A stretch of 32,021 nucleotides of DNA from Flavobacteriales bacterium. GTDB lineage: Bacteria > Bacteroidota > Bacteroidia > Flavobacteriales > Flavobacteriaceae. Made by a program: the position numbers and the translations under genes. The notes under the pieces were generated by a model that did not search any database, was not told where the DNA came from, and saw nothing but the letters and a program-made list of their open reading frames with translations. Below are positions 17,601-23,150 of the stretch, piece after piece; position 1 is the stretch's first letter, and every line of letters begins with the position of its first letter. The stretch is taken from NCBI GenBank assembly GCA_026983815.1, contig JALSTJ010000415.1:1-32021 (forward strand). The letters are read 5' to 3'.

Positions 17601-18494
17601 TGTTCCATCGCCGTCGGCATCAGTAGCATCTTCCGGGATACCATTATTATTGTCGTCAGGATGTTCATCTGAGGTTAATATTCCGTCATTATCATCATCA
17701 TTGTCCAGATAATTAGGAATCCCGTCGGCATCGGTGTCATCGTTCATTGGGTTTCCGTCCTGTGGAAAGTTATTGGGCAAGGCAATATCTTCCCAGCGTG
17801 TATCAATACCATCTCCATCGTCGTCGGGATCGCGATAATTTGGTAATCCACCGCCATCGGTATCCAATGCATCGTCAGGGTATCCGTTTCCATTGTTATC
17901 GGGTTGTTCGTTTTCAGTTAAAACCAAATCGTTATCATCATCTATATCGAGAAAATCGGGGATTGTATCTGTGAAAGCACCAAACTGGTCTGTATTTTGT
18001 AAAGTATAATTGATTTGTCCGGTATTATTTCCAAGTTCCACATCATCAATTAGACCATTGGGACCGACATTTCCCTCCAATTGTCCGTTCGTATCTGAAT
18101 CTATACCCGATGTTCTACCGGATTCAGCAGCATCCCATAAACCGTCATTATCGGAATCCAGATCCAAAAAATTGGGTGTACCATCACCATCAACATCGAA
18201 ACCGGGTTCAATTTGTCCGTTGGCATCTCCTACGTTAAAGTTGTTATCATCATCATCTAGATAAACGGGAATTCCATCGTGGTCTGCATCTGTAAGTGGA
18301 TCGATTCCATTACCTTCATCAACGTCTAAAATTCCATCATTATCGTCATCAATATCAATATCATCTGTTATTCCATCGCCATCCGAATCATTAAAAGTGA
18401 TAGTAAAAGGACTTTTAAATGAATGAATATTGGTTGTAAATCCTTGATTTACAATTAATAACAGAAGTGAAATAAAAAAATAAGTTTTTTTCAC
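11637..18494 (-). CDS. Giant (2285 aa) hyper-acidic cell-surface protein: 8 tandem modules of thrombospondin type 3-like Ca-binding repeats plus a T9SS type B sorting domain
   Basis: Uninterrupted 6.86-kb ORF with GTG start and signal peptide MKKTYFFISLLLLIVNQGFT. Eight ~265-274-aa modules are rich in DxDxDGxxD loops. The C-terminal 94 aa match the gliding-associated/CHU_C type B CTD. Confidence 0.9.
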   Translation of the reverse strand: MKKTYFFISLLLLIVNQGFTTNIHSFKSPFTITFNDSDGDGITDDIDIDDDNDGILDVDEGNGIDPLTDADHDGIPVYLDDDDNNFNVGDANGQIEPGFDVDGDGTPNFLDLDSDNDGLWDAAESGRTSGIDSDTNGQLEGNVGPNGLIDDVELGNNTGQINYTLQNTDQFGAFTDTIPDFLDIDDDNDLVLTENEQPDNNGNGYPDDALDTDGGGLPNYRDPDDDGDGIDTRWEDIALPNNFPQDGNPMNDDTDADGIPNYLDNDDDNDGILTSDEHPDDNNNGIPEDATDADGDGTPDYLDPVNDPLDHDNDGIRDNIDIDDDNDGIPDVIESGGIDPLTDADGDGVPVYLDDDDNNNSIGDNNNFVEPAFDFDLDGIPNHFDLDSDGDGLYDAAESGRTSGNDVNHDGYLEGPFGTNGLCDEVETVTDSGVINYTIQDTDSDSNPDYLDKDDDNDSIPTINEHPDDNGNGYPDDGLDTDNDTIYNYLDPDDDGDGIYTVYEDIALPNNYPQDGNPQNDDTDNDGIPNYLDEDDDNDGTLTINEHPDDNGNHEPEDALDTDGDGTPDYLDHITNPNDHDNDGIEDNVDLDDDNDGIPDTDESNGIDPLTDADNDGVPVYLDDNDNDNTIGNDNGQIEPLYDIDNDGIPNHFDLDSDGDGLWDTAESGRLTVPVGTDADMNGMLDGNVGANGLADEVETSPDSGTINYTIQNTDNDLFSDFLDRDDDNDHVLTSNEHADDNHNGYPEDALHTDFDGIPNYLDRDDDGDGIYTDFEDIALPNNYPQDGNPMNDDTDLDGIPNYLDNDDDNDGTLTIDEHPDDNGNHEPEDAIDDDNDGTPNYLDPYDINPNDHDNDGIDDNVDIDDDNDGIPDVDESNGMDPLTDADGDGVPLYLDDNDNDNSVGDANGQIEPLYDIDNDGIPNHFDLDSDNDGILDAVESGQTTGTDTNSDGILEGSVGTNGLVDNVETSPDSGTINYTLQNTDSDFFNDFLDRDDDNDHVLTMNEHPDDNSNGYPDDALDTDGDGIPNYLDRDDDGDGIYTNFEDIQLPNNFPVDGNPMNDDTDLDGIPNYLDNDDDNDGILTINEHPDDDGNHIPDDALDSDGDGTPNYLDFYDNVADDHDNDGIADSIDIDDDNDGIPDTDESGGIDPLTDADNDGVPVYLDDDDNDNTIGDNNGQIEPAFDIDGDGVPNHFDKDSDGDGLFDAAESGQTTGTDTNSDGILEGSVGSNGLVDNVETSPDSGTINYTLINTDNDSYYNFLDTDDDDDHIPTTGEQPDNNHNGYPDDALDTDNDGNPNYIDRDDDGDGIYSDFEDIALPNNYPQDGDPTNDDTDGDGIPNYLDTDDDNDGIDTAFEHPDDNGNHEPEDAWDSDNDGTPDYLDNIDGIDSDGDGIPDSTDLDDDNDGIPDTREYNGQNPFVDNDNDGVPVYLDDNDNDNSIGNDNGTVEAAWDLDNDGIANHLDLDSDGDGLYDLTESGQTVATDANFDGQLDDNVGTNGLADILETTPDSGNINYSIMDWDNDTSDDFLDFDDDNDHIPTINEHPDDNGNGYPDDALDTDSNGDPNYHDRDDDGDGIYTDFEDIALPNTYPQDGDPTNDDTDDDGIPNYLDTDDDNDGILTINEHPDDNGNHEPEDAWDSDNDGIPDYLDGNDYDNDGILDNVDIDDDNDGIPDIDESGGIDPLTDDDGDNIPVFMDDDDSDPAIGNDNGIVEPAYDFDGDNIPNFLDYDSDNDGVWDTAESGRLSIPVGTDADMDGKLEGNVGTNGLVDDLENPADSGSLIFTLQDTDNDGNPDFLDTDDDNDHIPTTDEHPDDNTNGYPDDALDTDNDASPNFLDRDDDGDGIYTDFEDIELPNNYPQDGNPTNDDTDGDGIPNYLDDDDDNDGILTINEHPDDNGNHEPEDAWDTDHDGIPDYLDDHMEDNDQDGIPDYTDIDDDNDGIPDIDEAGGVNPSADNDNDYVPAYLDDDDNDNTIGDDNNQIEPGFDTDGDGIPNHFDLDSDNDGLFDIVESGQTAATDANMDGTDDGTVGNNGMPDSLETSPDSGTINYSYQDSDSDSILDYLDTDDDNDAVLTADEHPDDNTNGYPDDALDTDNDGIPNYLDIDDDGDGIYTIYEDVDIHNNYPQDGDPTNDDTDGDGTPNYLDNDDDDDGILTLNEHADDNGNHEPDDAIDTDSDGIPDYLDDTDDREIIIYNAISPNGNGKNDFMFIENVDKYPENKVLIVDRWHYKVWEGKNYDNNNVKFKGFGLNGKKLPSGTYYYMFEYKEDGKWKNKAGYLYILK
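11640..11921 (-). other. T9SS type B (gliding motility-associated, SprB-type) C-terminal sorting domain
   Basis: Sequence is REIIIYNAISPNGNGKNDFMFIENVDKYPENKVLIVDRWHYKVWEGKNYDNNNVKFKGFGLNGKKLPSGTYYYMFEYKEDGKWKNKAGYLYILK. It fits the TIGR04131 pattern: (FT/IS)PNGDG.ND.F.I.....YP.N.L.I.NRWG..V....NY.N.W.G....G..LP.GTYYY. Confidence 0.85.
11922..18389 (-). repeat. In-frame tandem array of eight ~0.8-kb coding repeats
   Basis: Unit boundaries come from hand alignment of the protein: 17568..18389, 16761..17567, 15942..16760, 15132..15941, 14328..15131, 13533..14327, 12723..13532 and 11922..12722. Units 4 and 5 share long near-identical DNA stretches (compare about 15560..15700 with about 14750..14890). 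Confidence 0.85.
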
Positions 18495-18554
18495 AGTAGT
18501 ATTTTTTTCAAACCATAAATATAATAAAAAAATGTATAATAAAAATTTATTTTA

Positions 18555-20153
18555 TTATTTTGCTATATTAACAGCTCTAGTTTCTCTGATTACCGTCACT
18601 TTTACTTGTCCGGGATAGGTCATTTCGGTTTGAATTTTTTGCGTGATTTCAAATGATAATTGTTTAACTTGATCGTCAGTTACTTGTTCACTTTTGACGA
18701 TTACACGCAATTCTCTACCGGCTTGTATTGCATAAGCTTTTTGAACGCCGGGGAAACCGAATGCAATTTGTTCCAACTCTTTTAATCTTTTGAGATAAGA
18801 TTCCAAAATTTGACGTCTAGCACCCGGTCTGGCGCCTGAAATAGCATCTGCTACTTGTACAATTGGAGCATAAAGCGAGGTCATTTCTATTTCATCATGG
18901 TGGGCACCGATTGCATTGACTATATCGGGGCTTTCTCCATAGCGTTCTGCCCATTGCATTCCAAGTAATGCATGAGGCATTTCTGTTTCTTCGGTAGGCA
19001 CTTTTCCAATATCATGTAATAACCCTGCTCTTTTGGCTATTTTTGGATTTAGTCCTAACTCAGCTGCCATAATACTACAAATTTTGGCTACTTCACGTGA
19101 ATGTTGTAAAAGATTTTGTCCGTATGAGGAACGATATTTCATTCTTCCCACAGCTTTGACTAATTCGGGGTGGAGGGAATGAATTCCTAAATCAATAATG
19201 GTTCTTTTACCTATTTCGACAATTTCCTGATCGAGTTGTTTTTCTGTTTTTTTAACTACTTCTTCAATTCTTGCAGGATGTATTCTTCCATCGGTAACCA
19301 ATTTGTGGAGAGACAATCTGGCAATTTCACGTCGGATTGGATCAAAACCTGAAAGTAGGATGCTTTCAGGGGTATCATCTACGATAATTTCTACACCTGT
19401 AGCGGCTTCAATTGCACGAATATTTCGTCCTTCACGTCCGATGATTCGTCCTTTGATTTCATCGGATTCCAAATGGAATGTTGTAACGGTATTTTCAATA
19501 GCTTCTTCAGTTCCGATACGTTGAATGGTTGTAATCACAATTTTTTTGGCTTCTTTTTGCGCTGCCAGTTTGGCTTCTTCCATAGAATCTTGGATGAATT
19601 TCATGGCTTCGGCTTTAGCATCTTCTTTAAGAGACTCAATCAATTCATTTTTGGCTTCTTCTGCAGAATAACCTGAAATTTTTTCAAGTAATTCCAATTG
19701 TTTTTCATGGTGTTTTTTTACCTCTTCTTGTTTTTTTTCAAGAAATATCAATTTTTCATCATACAATTTTTCTTTTTGAGCCAATTCTTCTTTGAGCTTT
19801 TTATTTTGAGCCAATTCGATGGACAAAATACTTTCTTTTTCTTTGTTTTTTTTCTCTAATTCGCTAATTTTTTTCTCACGGTCCAAAACATGTTTTTCAT
19901 GTTTTTCTTTGAGTTCCAAAAATTTTTCTTTGGCTTGAAGAATTTTTTCTTTTTTAAGGGATTCTCCTTCTTTATTGGCAATATCAATAATAGATTTGGC
20001 TTCGTTTTTTGCCTTTAATAGAATATCATCAGCTTTTTTAAAAGCACTATTGATGATGCTTCCAGAGCGTTTTTTGTCAATGAAACCCTTTAAAAAATAG
20101 GTTAAAATAAAACCTAGTATAATTCCGATAATAACATATAAAAATGTTTCCAT
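18555..20153 (-). CDS. rny: Ribonuclease Y
   Basis: 532 aa with an N-terminal TM helix and a long Lys/Glu coiled coil. KH domain ([20 protein letters not shown]) and HD domain (LLHDIGK ... IGAHHDE) are present. This is the canonical RNase Y architecture. Confidence 0.95.
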   Translation of the reverse strand: METFLYVIIGIILGFILTYFLKGFIDKKRSGSIINSAFKKADDILLKAKNEAKSIIDIANKEGESLKKEKILQAKEKFLELKEKHEKHVLDREKKISELEKKNKEKESILSIELAQNKKLKEELAQKEKLYDEKLIFLEKKQEEVKKHHEKQLELLEKISGYSAEEAKNELIESLKEDAKAEAMKFIQDSMEEAKLAAQKEAKKIVITTIQRIGTEEAIENTVTTFHLESDEIKGRIIGREGRNIRAIEAATGVEIIVDDTPESILLSGFDPIRREIARLSLHKLVTDGRIHPARIEEVVKKTEKQLDQEIVEIGKRTIIDLGIHSLHPELVKAVGRMKYRSSYGQNLLQHSREVAKICSIMAAELGLNPKIAKRAGLLHDIGKVPTEETEMPHALLGMQWAERYGESPDIVNAIGAHHDEIEMTSLYAPIVQVADAISGARPGARRQILESYLKRLKELEQIAFGFPGVQKAYAIQAGRELRVIVKSEQVTDDQVKQLSFEITQKIQTEMTYPGQVKVTVIRETRAVNIAK

Positions 20154-20178
20154 AATTGTAATTTTTGTGTTGGTTTAT

Positions 20179-20381
20179 AAAAAAAGCCTGTACCTATTTA
20201 TATTTTTGATTAAACCCCGAATAAACAGGTTTAGGACTAACTTGATGGTCAAACTTCCACTAATCCGAAAAAATACGGAATCCCTAAGGGATTGTGGCTT
20301 GTTTTTGCATCAAAGACTCATCCTTTTTAATTTGTAAGTGTTGAGTTTAACAAAATCAAATAAGCACAGGCAGTTTTGTAA
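20179..20381 (-). ncRNA. Candidate structured ~200-nt RNA (6S-like rod; alternatively a structured rny leader)
   Basis: Hand fold of the minus strand. GCCUGUGCUUAUUU (plus 20358..20371) pairs with AAAUAGGUACAGGC (plus 20186..20199): 14 contiguous pairs including 2 G.U. UUUUGUUAAACUC (20343..20355) pairs with GGGUUUAAUCAAAA (20204..20217): 13 bp with one bulge. Inner pairing joins UUGAUG and CAUCAA (20308..20313 with 20242..20247). Apical hairpins lie at 20279..20293 and 20264..20279. A U7 tract (plus A-run 20179..20185) follows the 3' arm. Ends are approximate. Confidence 0.4.
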
Positions 20382-20401
20382 ATGAATGATCGATTACTAT
20401 T

Positions 20402-20674
20402 TTATATTTTTAATAAATTGTCAAGTTTTTCTTCTAGCAATTTATTATTTAATTTATTATTTTCCTTTTCAAAAATTAATTCTGAAGCTATTTCTATTAA
20501 AATTAATGATAAAATATCCTGAATATCTGTAATAGCAAAATTTTTTTCAGTTTCATTGATTTTTTTTCCAATCAATATCGCCGCTTCTCTTACATATTTT
20601 TCATTTTCAAATAAAACCTTTATAGGGTATTGTCTACCGGCTACATTGATTTGTATTCTGATTTTATCTTCCAA
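20402..20674 (-). CDS. zapA: Cell division protein ZapA
   Basis: 90 aa beginning MEDKIRIQINVAGRQYPIKVLFENEKYVREAAILIGKKINE. The (I/V)NI.GR.Y.(L/I)......E..(I/V)R.AA..(I/L) pattern and the size are typical of Bacteroidota ZapA. Confidence 0.75.
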   Translation of the reverse strand: MEDKIRIQINVAGRQYPIKVLFENEKYVREAAILIGKKINETEKNFAITDIQDILSLILIEIASELIFEKENNKLNNKLLEEKLDNLLKI

Positions 20675-20677
20675 TTC

Positions 20678-20974
20678 TTATTCTTTTATTTCTGCTATAC
20701 AAATATTGATTTCTTTTATCAGTTTTTCAATTTTTTTCTTAGCTTCATCATTATTTTTATCGCTGCCTGCGACAAAAGTCTTTGCAATTTTTAATTTTTC
20801 ATAATCTGATTTTAATTCTTGATATTGAAAATTAATTTCTTGCAATTTCTTTTCTTTATTTTCCAACTTTTTTTCAAAGTTAGAAATTTTTTGAGATAAT
20901 TCAAAATTTTGGTGAATTAAGTTTTGGATTTTTATTTCCAAGAAATTTAATTTTTCCAAAATTTGCTTATCCAT
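20678..20974 (-). CDS. Small coiled-coil protein (possible ZapB-like division-associated protein)
   Basis: 98 aa of heptad-rich Lys/Glu/Leu sequence, 3 nt upstream of zapA in the same orientation. No specific motif is recognisable. Confidence 0.6.
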   Translation of the reverse strand: MDKQILEKLNFLEIKIQNLIHQNFELSQKISNFEKKLENKEKKLQEINFQYQELKSDYEKLKIAKTFVAGSDKNNDEAKKKIEKLIKEINICIAEIKE

Positions 20975-20991
20975 TTTTTTCTTTTATTCTA

Positions 20992-20999
20992 CAAAAATA
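20992..20999 (-). promoter_or_regulatory. -7 box TATTTTTG for the coiled-coil/zapA/(RNA)/rny transcription unit
   Basis: Exact TAnnTTTG on the minus strand, 17 nt upstream of the ATG at 20974. Confidence 0.45.
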
Positions 21000-21089
21000 C
21001 ATTATTTTTTTATTAAACCATATAAAAGACCTATTCATTACATATAATAATTTTTTATAAATAAAGTAATGTTATATTTATAATAACCC

Positions 21090-21097
21090 TATTTTTG
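21090..21097 (+). promoter_or_regulatory. -7 box TATTTTTG for the Crp/Fnr-family regulator gene
   Basis: Exact TAnnTTTG 20 nt upstream of the ATG at 21118. Confidence 0.45.
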
Positions 21098-21117
21098 CAT
21101 AATAAACAATTTTATTT

Positions 21118-21681
21118 ATGGCTATTGAGGATTTTATTAATGAAATTACGCCGCTTCCTGATGATATTTTATTGGAAGTAAAAGAAAAATTTATAAAAAA
21201 AGAATTTTCCAAAGGTGATAAAATAATTGAACAAGGCAAAGTTTGTAAATATCTTTACTTTATTGAACACGGTTTGGCAAGAAGCTATTATATCAATGAA
21301 AAAGGAAAAGATATCACTGTCTGGTTTTTTGCTGAAAATAATGTCATGACTGGTGTTGAAAGTTTTTTTCAACGGAAACCCAGTATGTATGAGATGGAAT
21401 TTTTGGAAAATAGTATTGTCTATGCCATTTCATATCAAAATTTGAATCTGCTTTTTGATAAATATCATGAACTGGAAAGATTTGGTCGTTTATTGTCCAT
21501 TCGATTACTAACTGAAGTTGTAGATAAGCTGATTGCCATGCAATTTCAATCAGCCAAAGAACGATATCAATTCATGATAAATAAGTTTCCCAATATTTCT
21601 TATAGGGCACCACTGGGTCATATCGCTTCATATCTGGGAATTACCCAAGAAACTCTTAGCAGAATACGGGCTCAAATCTGA
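21118..21681 (+). CDS. Crp/Fnr-family transcriptional regulator (cNMP-binding-like domain + C-terminal HTH)
   Basis: 187 aa with an N-terminal beta-roll effector domain (GDKIIEQGKVCKYLYFIEHGLARSYY) and a C-terminal HTH (HIASYLGITQETLSRIRAQI). Confidence 0.85.
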   Translation: MAIEDFINEITPLPDDILLEVKEKFIKKEFSKGDKIIEQGKVCKYLYFIEHGLARSYYINEKGKDITVWFFAENNVMTGVESFFQRKPSMYEMEFLENSIVYAISYQNLNLLFDKYHELERFGRLLSIRLLTEVVDKLIAMQFQSAKERYQFMINKFPNISYRAPLGHIASYLGITQETLSRIRAQI

Positions 21682-21694
21682 TTTTTTATAAAGT

Positions 21695-21723
21695 GATTTT
21701 TTTGATTTAGGTCAAAAAAAATC
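21695..21723. promoter_or_regulatory. Candidate Crp/Fnr-type operator: palindrome containing TTGAT-N4-GTCAA
   Basis: GATTTTTTTGA (21695..21705) and TCAAAAAAAATC (21712..21723) are inverted repeats. The core TTGAT (21702..21706) TTAG GTCAA (21711..21715) differs by 1 nt from the FNR consensus TTGAT-N4-ATCAA. Its centre lies ~30 nt upstream of the tolC -7 box. Confidence 0.35.
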
Positions 21724-21738
21724 TCCTGTCTACATTCA

Positions 21739-21746
21739 TATCTTTG
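21739..21746 (+). promoter_or_regulatory. -7 box TATCTTTG for the TolC-HlyD-ABC-2 operon
   Basis: Exact TAnnTTTG 24 nt upstream of the ATG at 21771. No TTTG sits at the normal -33 spacing; the palindrome occupies that position instead. Confidence 0.45.
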
Positions 21747-21770
21747 CATCGTTTTTTAAAAAAGAAAATT

Positions 21771-23147
21771 ATGCAAAGAAAAAGTTATCATATATTTATC
21801 ATATTATTTATGATCTCAGCGGCAGAAATTTATGCCCAAAAAATTCAACCGGATTTAAAATTTTTAATCAATCGTGCAATTAAAAAAAATCATGAAAAAA
21901 AAATAAATAATTTTGAAATTGAACGAACTAAAATCCAACAAAAAAACTTGTGGAATAACTATTTACCTAAACTTTATTTAAATGCATCCTATACAAGACT
22001 CGATAATGATATAAAACTTGATAACAATTTGCAAAAATTGTTGATGGGCACAGAGAAATTATTAATAAAAGAGGCATATGGAATTCCATTTAATACACCG
22101 TTACCGCCGCAAGTTTCTTTAATACCTATACCAAAAATTCAAGATAAAAATATTTTGAAAAGTAGTCTTGATGCCGAATGGTTATTGTTTTCCGGGTTAA
22201 AGATTTCTCAAGCATCTAAAGTGTTGGAACATAAGTCTAAAGCATTGGAATATCAAAATAATATAATTGAAGAACGATTGGTTGGAAAACTAGTCAAAAC
22301 CTATCATCAATTGGCTTTGATTCAATCTACACAACAAGTATTAAATACTATGGATGATTATCTTCAAAAACAAGAAAACTTTGTGTCTAAAGCCAAGAAA
22401 AACGGATTGGCAATAGAACTTGATTTGCAAAAAATTGCTTTGGCTCAACAAAAATTAAAAATAAAACAATTGTCTTTGGAAAATAGCAAGAGATTGGTAT
22501 TGGAAACATTACATCAGATGACGGATATTCCTACAGATAGGCTTAAAACAATGGATATAGGGCTTGATAAAATACTTATCAATTTTGATAAATTGAAAGG
22601 AGAACAACCTTATGAAATGCATGCACTTAATGAAAAATTAACCGCACAAAAATATCAGAAAAAAATGGCTTATACCGCTTATATTCCTAAGTTAATGCTC
22701 AAGGGTCATTATGAGCTACTAAAAGATGATTTAACTATGTTAGATCCAAAATGGTATGTTGGAATAGGTTTGAAATGGGATATTTTTGATGGATTTAAAG
22801 CATGGAATCAATCCAAACAAATCCAATTGCAAGAAAATCAAACCCAAGAAAAAATCAGAGAAGCGGATGAGTTAATACATTTACAACAGTTACAAGCCCA
22901 ATTGAATTATCAAACATCTTTGGAAAAAATTGAGGAAACCAAAAAACAAGTAAAAATTGCAAAATATACCTACCAACTTTCTAAAAAACAATATGAAAAT
23001 GGATTGATCAGTATAACAGATTTACTAAAATCATTAAATGACTTAAAAATAGCTAAATTGGATTATACTAAAGCATTGTATGAAGAAAATAATGCAGCAA
23101 TTGCTTATTTAAAAGCATATGGGAACTTATTGAATATAATTAAATAA
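21771..23147 (+). CDS. TolC-family outer membrane efflux protein
   Basis: The ORF is open from 21744 (TTG), but the ATG at 21771 gives MQRKSYHIFIILFMISAAEIYAQ (signal peptide). It has two long coiled-coil/beta repeats typical of OEP/TolC (LKFLINRAIKKN..., ...YENGLISITDLLKSLNDL...). Confidence 0.85.
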   Translation: MQRKSYHIFIILFMISAAEIYAQKIQPDLKFLINRAIKKNHEKKINNFEIERTKIQQKNLWNNYLPKLYLNASYTRLDNDIKLDNNLQKLLMGTEKLLIKEAYGIPFNTPLPPQVSLIPIPKIQDKNILKSSLDAEWLLFSGLKISQASKVLEHKSKALEYQNNIIEERLVGKLVKTYHQLALIQSTQQVLNTMDDYLQKQENFVSKAKKNGLAIELDLQKIALAQQKLKIKQLSLENSKRLVLETLHQMTDIPTDRLKTMDIGLDKILINFDKLKGEQPYEMHALNEKLTAQKYQKKMAYTAYIPKLMLKGHYELLKDDLTMLDPKWYVGIGLKWDIFDGFKAWNQSKQIQLQENQTQEKIREADELIHLQQLQAQLNYQTSLEKIEETKKQVKIAKYTYQLSKKQYENGLISITDLLKSLNDLKIAKLDYTKALYEENNAAIAYLKAYGNLLNIIK

Positions 23148-23150
23148 AAA

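Noticed and set aside
12854-17668. Same-strand alternative-frame Met/Ile-rich ORFs recurring in most modules (12854..13120, 13628..13924, 14462..14728, 16121..16318, 16781..17047, 17471..17668).
   Set aside because: Frame-shifted reading of GATGAT runs yields ATG-rich nonsense (MMEILIFWILMTIMT...). Their periodic recurrence only mirrors the DNA repeat, so this is not evidence of overprinted genes.
12330-18264. Many 60-170-aa plus-strand ORFs inside the giant gene (for example 12330..12827, 13967..14473, 14837..15316, 15562..15960).
   Set aside because: They are antisense shadows of a GAT/GAC/AAT-dominated coding repeat. They translate to low-complexity His/Arg/Tyr or Ser/Leu/Pro strings, recur once per repeat unit, and lack promoter boxes. 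The minus-strand frame is uninterrupted for 6.86 kb and has clear domain content.
11922-18389. Periodic repeats that might suggest a CRISPR array or non-coding satellite.
   Set aside because: The period is ~0.8 kb rather than 25-40 nt repeats with spacers. The units are divergent copies in one continuous reading frame, and no cas genes are present.
18495-18554. A promoter for the giant gene (near-match TATGGTTTG 14 nt upstream of the GTG).
   Set aside because: It has three rather than two spacer nucleotides, so it is not an exact TAnnTTTG. No terminator follows rny either, so read-through from rny is equally possible. It is not called as a feature.
21695-21723. The AT-rich palindrome after the Crp/Fnr gene interpreted as its rho-independent terminator.
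   Set aside because: The stem is almost pure A-U with no G-C clamp and no trailing U-run (it is followed by CUCCUGUC). The TTGAT-N4-GTCAA core and its position relative to the next -7 box fit an operator better. A weak terminator role cannot be fully excluded.
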